A DNA stretch of 53,554 nucleotides, filler included, from Jimgerdemannia flammicorona (Eukaryota): the NCBI GenBank assembly GCA_003990765.1. It is 3 parts of 3 records of this genome, joined end to end, with 100 filler letters (N's around TTAATTAATTAA, not from the genome) between each part and the next. Parts side by side here need not be neighbours in the genome. Positions count along the whole stretch, not along the records: positions 35,771 to 53,554 come from RBNJ01002412.1; 2 more parts are not named here. One strand, written 5' to 3'. The notes under the pieces are model-generated. The model ran no database searches. It was given only the letters and a program-made list of their open reading frames with translations, and had not been told where the DNA came from. Below, piece after piece: positions 49,262-53,554 of this stretch. A program made the position numbers and the translations under genes. How positions within the stretch are numbered: the first letter of the stretch is position 1; the number at the start of each line of letters is the position of its first letter.

Positions 49262-50573
49262 TACCAGTAGACTCTATAATGCTTCTATAGAGATATATGT
49301 CAATATTTTCTCTTCCATGAGTATATATAATTTATTATTATCTAACTTAATTTGTACTAGATACTCAAATAGCTTATATATAGAGAACTGTTCTTAGTAG
49401 GCTATTATATATTATATAGCATCTGAATTTATAAGTTATATATCATTATCATCAGCTATATTGATATATACTTTACTTATATTATTGTTTTTTACTAGCT
49501 CAAAAGTATATAGCTTAGGTATAAATATAGATGTCTTCTTCAGATATTCAGTATATATTACTTATATATAGAATATGCCTCTATCTTGATTATTATCAGT
49601 TTTGACAGTATTTGAATTATATTGCTCTTTACTATGATTCATTTTACTATACTCATATTGCTAATACTGGCCTCTATATATATTTTTATCATTCTCTTTA
49701 TCTTTATGATAGCAATCATTCTATATATATTTATACTTACTATAGTAATGACAATTATTGTCAAACTTTGTAGATTTATATTTTTGACCTTATTTGTACT
49801 TCTTGCCTTATCTATATATATATATATAACCCATAGAATGCTTTCTCATCATTATTGTTACCACTGTTTTCTTGATATATCTCTTTATTAATGAGACTCA
49901 TTATTACATAGATGTAGTCTGTAAGTTTTCTGCTCTTATATATAGCTGTTATTATGATATTATATATCTTAGAGAGATCTCTTATAAGGGTCAGTACTTT
50001 ATCTTCATCACTGATACACTTTGTTGACATACTTAGGAAATTCACTTAATTTACCAGATTGTTAATATAATTAATATATTTATAGATACTCTCCTTAGAT
50101 TTCATTTATAGATTAAATAATAAGATTTTGATAGAATTGATTTGATGAGGATACTTATATATGATGATTGCATAGAGTCTCTTACATATTATGGACTATT
50201 GTAGTATATATTATAAGCTTTGTTTGCTGGTTTGATAACATAGAGATAATCTCTCATAATGCTCATTAATTATTTATAGCATTATAATCTTGAATCTGTA
50301 CTTGTAGTTTCATATACTCTATTAAGCTATATTCTTTCAGAATATTGCTTATATGGAATACCCAAATGGTATAATCCTTACTATCAAAGATTGGAATTGA
50401 CCTCTTGGCTGTATTTATAGTTATTATGGGAACTGTGACCATTATTCTCATTCTGGAGTTATCTATGTCTGCTGTGTTTGGTATGCTTGTACTGACTCCT
50501 TGATTTGTCTATTGTAATATCTTGGCATAAAGTAGTATACAGTCTTTGAGAGGTATTTCTTATTAGCCACTAA

Positions 50574-50590
50574 CTGGGGCTTATAACTTT
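50574..50590 (-). promoter_or_regulatory. Copia PBS of the GGTTATGGGCCC (half initiator tRNA-Met) type, decayed
   Basis: Minus strand reads ...cacaaca aaagttataagccccag directly after the LTR end. Confidence 0.65.
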
Positions 50591-50899
50591 TGTTGTGAAT
50601 AAGAAGTGGGGAGAAGTGGAGAGTATTGTTTATTGATTGCTTGTGTTTTTATACATCAAGTGACATAGCTTAAGGATGATGTAGTTGTTATATATAAGCC
50701 ACATTATTGAGATGTCAAAATAATAGAAATTTTAACAAATAGTAATACATAGATTAGATAACAAAATAAAAGTGACAATAATCCTGTTCCCATCCACTCT
50801 TCTACCATCCTCACTCTAGTAATAGTAACTGTCTAATAAAGATCTCAGTTGTTCCCTTCCTTTATTCCTGAACCCCTCACCCCCTTCACTCCTCTTCTC

Positions 50900-53545
50900 T
50901 TCTACTACAATTCTATCATCATTCTATGACCATCCAACAATTAGCTTCCGCGCATCTGCTCTTGTTCCTAAAGCGGCTTCATCCTTGAAATTCTGCGGTA
51001 ATGATAGTGAGGTAGGCATAGCAAATGTAATTATGGGTATTTTTGGGACACAGTAGAATTCCCCTCATTGTGCTGTTGGACTCGGTGCTCTAACAATACC
51101 GTACACACACCCTACTCACCTCCTCTCCTTCTGTTACGCGCACACCCTGCCTCGTCTGTCCATCAATCTAATTCTCCATCAGTGGAATTGATACTGACGC
51201 TGGCTGAAATGAGTTCGAGTTGTAATACTGGTCGTGGTTCAGGCAGATGGTGGTGTCGGCGAGCCAGTCAAGGCTAATGGCTGTGGATTTGTTGGGGATG
51301 GCGATATTTAGCAAGGTATGCTCAATCTTCTAAAATGACAAGGGATGCCCGCCCGGCTCCATCAATCTCTACCTACTCACTCTCCACCTTTGCCACTTTC
51401 ATAAACATGTTTCTCTCCAAAATAGACTCTACCTACTGTGATGAGCAACAGAAATCACACTATCAGAAAATAACTGCATATCATAGCAAGCGCAGTTACA
51501 GGCACAATAAGCAGTCAAAAACGTCCAGGGATATCTAGGACTGCTTTGTCTTGCCAACTTGTATAATTAGCCAGAGATACCAGAAGAGTATATTTACTGT
51601 ACAGACTCTGCATACCATACAGACTCTGTACACTGTACAGACTCTGTACACCATACAGAATCTACCTACCATAAATAGCATTCTATACTTAGCCACATAG
51701 CAACCAGATAGCAACCAACTTGTATAAAATACCCCAGAGACAAGAGTGAATAAATCTCAGTCCGAAATTCCAAACACATTTCCTGCTCCGGTCCACTTTC
51801 TGATACAAAGATTGCCTGAGATTTGCCGCCAAAGTTCGAGTAAAGAACTTCGCCACCATTTGAAAAGAAACCTGCAGCTTAAGGAAAAGCCGCCATTTTC
51901 AAAAGAAGTCCGCCACGTTTTGGTCCGCTTGCCAGATAAGCCTGAAGTCCCTCTTGCCACAAAGCCAGTCTATTTGATGCAACTTCGCAGTGAACTTGTT
52001 CGTGCAAACGAAGCCAGTCTTTGATGCAACTTTGCCCAAGAATCCGCCATTTTCGAGAAGTCTGCATCTTGTCACAAAGTTAGTCTACCTGATGCAACTT
52101 CGCAGTGGAGCCAGTCCTTCGACGTAACCCCACGCAAATGAAGCCAGTCTCTGACATAACTTTGCCAAGAAGAAGAATCTGAGTTATTATTCAAGAAGTC
52201 CGCCAATTCAGGAGAATCCGCGCCATCCGAGTTATTGAGTTATCCACATCCAAGTTACCAAGTTATCCATTATCCAAAATATTCAAGAAGCCCGCTGATT
52301 CAGGAGAATCCGCGTCATCCACCGTTTTCAAGTAATCTGCCGATTCAGGAAGAATCCGCGTCATCCGCCAAATCGAGTTATCCACCAACCCGCTGTTTAT
52401 TAAGGAATCCACTCACGCTACACAGAGATTGTCACGCTACACAAGAGATCATCACGCCACACAGAGACCGTCACGCAGAAATCGCCTAAAAGAACCTGCT
52501 TGCGCTACACAAGATCGTCATGCCAGAAATCACATACTTTTGGAGAACGTCGCACTACACAAAGATCATTCACCATCATACAAAACCGCCGCTTCACCCA
52601 AGAACCGTCCCAATAAGGAAATCCGTCAGAATTGACTGCTGTATCCAGATTTGATTATTATACCACTAAACACCAACAAGGATACCAGAAATTATAGAAC
52701 ATTTTGTTGCTTTTTAACAAAGTAACTGGGGGCTCAAGCCAAACTACATCAACCCCCAACCTTGTAATTTGCCTCTATTGAGCCGGCACGTTACACTACC
52801 AACCGCTAGGGAACACAAAAATATTCTCCTTCCCATTTGGTTTAAAATTCCCTGGAAAAGTTGTTACCCTACCAGGGTAACAAATGTGATTATATGAGAA
52901 GTTCAGGGTTTAAGAAATTCGAGTCGAATTTCAGGCTTGACGGATTGCCTTGCGACACTTAATTTATTGATTTACTGGGCACTCGACCGCTTTTAATTTG
53001 TTAGCGGCTAATTTCTTATGGACTGGCTTGGTGACGACCCAAATCCCAAACAAGCAATGTCAGCCGTGTGAAAAACCGAAAAATGTCAGATCTCTATGGT
53101 GAGGGCAGCGGTTTGTGCGAGCACATTTTTGACTTTTATTCATAAAATTCCAACCACAATCCCCTGCTGATTATTATGGAGAAAGGCATATAAATTGACA
53201 AGTTCGTTCCAATTTCGGGTTCCATATGACTGGGTGGCTGTCTCTCTGCTGACCTCGTGGCAAAGTTTTCGGTATGATCCTCAACCGGCTCCATGCGATT
53301 CAAATTGTCGAAGTAAGACAGCTTAGATTCCAAACAAATTGATGCTACTAATAGCAGAATTCGTTAGCCTGTTCTCCATGACATATAGCCTCTTTGGCTA
53401 TTCGGCGTCAGTGATGTAATATGTAGTAGGGCGGCGAGCTACAACGTTGACAAGGCTCAACCCATTCAACTCATTGGGGTCTTAACGCACCACAGGGTGG
53501 AGATGATTCCTTGAAGAGTAATATGCGCATCGTTTCGACTTGAAT
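50900..53545 (-). other. CpG-rich non-repeat DNA, possibly a spliced host gene or pseudogene interrupted by the solo LTR
   Basis: Normal CpG content; minus-strand donors gtgagt (~51390, ~51119), acceptors ttttag (~51330) and ccgcag (~50993), ctaac branch (~53363-53367). No recognisable protein family. Confidence 0.35.
51437..52795 (+). mobile_element. Solo LTR of the dUTPase-gypsy family
   Basis: TGTGATG...CGTTACA ends; 4-bp TSD ctac (51433-51436 / 52796-52799); homologous to 26620-28114; no PBS follows. Confidence 0.93.
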
Positions 53546-53554
53546 TTTTTTTTT

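Larger units (their letters stand above)
41670..50780 (-). mobile_element. Decayed Ty1/copia element (copy 2) carrying two or three nested retroposon insertions
   Basis: 5' LTR ~50592-50780 (outer edge uncertain), PBS, gag IPIFDSKDYTIW (50451-50266), protease remnant ~49400-49440, integrase 45720-44840 and 43410-43000, RT ~42850-42000, PPT-like gagtgagagt ~41731-41740. Homologous to copia copy 1. Confidence 0.85.

Overview
This is eukaryotic, most likely fungal, repeat-rich DNA: it has GT-AG introns with CTAAC/CTGAC branch points, chromoviruses and intron-containing hAT transposases. It is not one locus. Three contigs of almost identical length (1-17785, 17886-35670, 35771-53554) are joined by 100-bp N spacers carrying TTAATTAATTAA. 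Almost everything is nested, C-to-T-decayed transposable elements: four L1/Tx1-type LINE copies, two Ty1/copia remnants, two nested chromoviruses, two hAT DNA transposons, and a Ty3/gypsy lineage represented by a nearly complete copy, an older inverted copy, a solo LTR and a relative. The main candidate for a new system is the hAT transposon at 19163-24560. It carries a spliced gene, convergent to the transposase, whose product looks like a TET/JBP-family 2-oxoglutarate/Fe(II) dioxygenase (HxD...H). This would be a possible anti-methylation cargo in a genome with strong cytosine deamination of repeats. Other notable items: a gypsy element with a tRNA-Pro PBS, Zn-cluster-like motifs, a dUTPase and an accessory ORF3; a homologue of that ORF3 inside another LTR; and a non-autonomous LINE derivative (LINE 5' head, 9-bp Gly-X-Y minisatellite, poly-A tail, target-site duplications). 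All domain calls come from motif recognition by eye; no database search was run.
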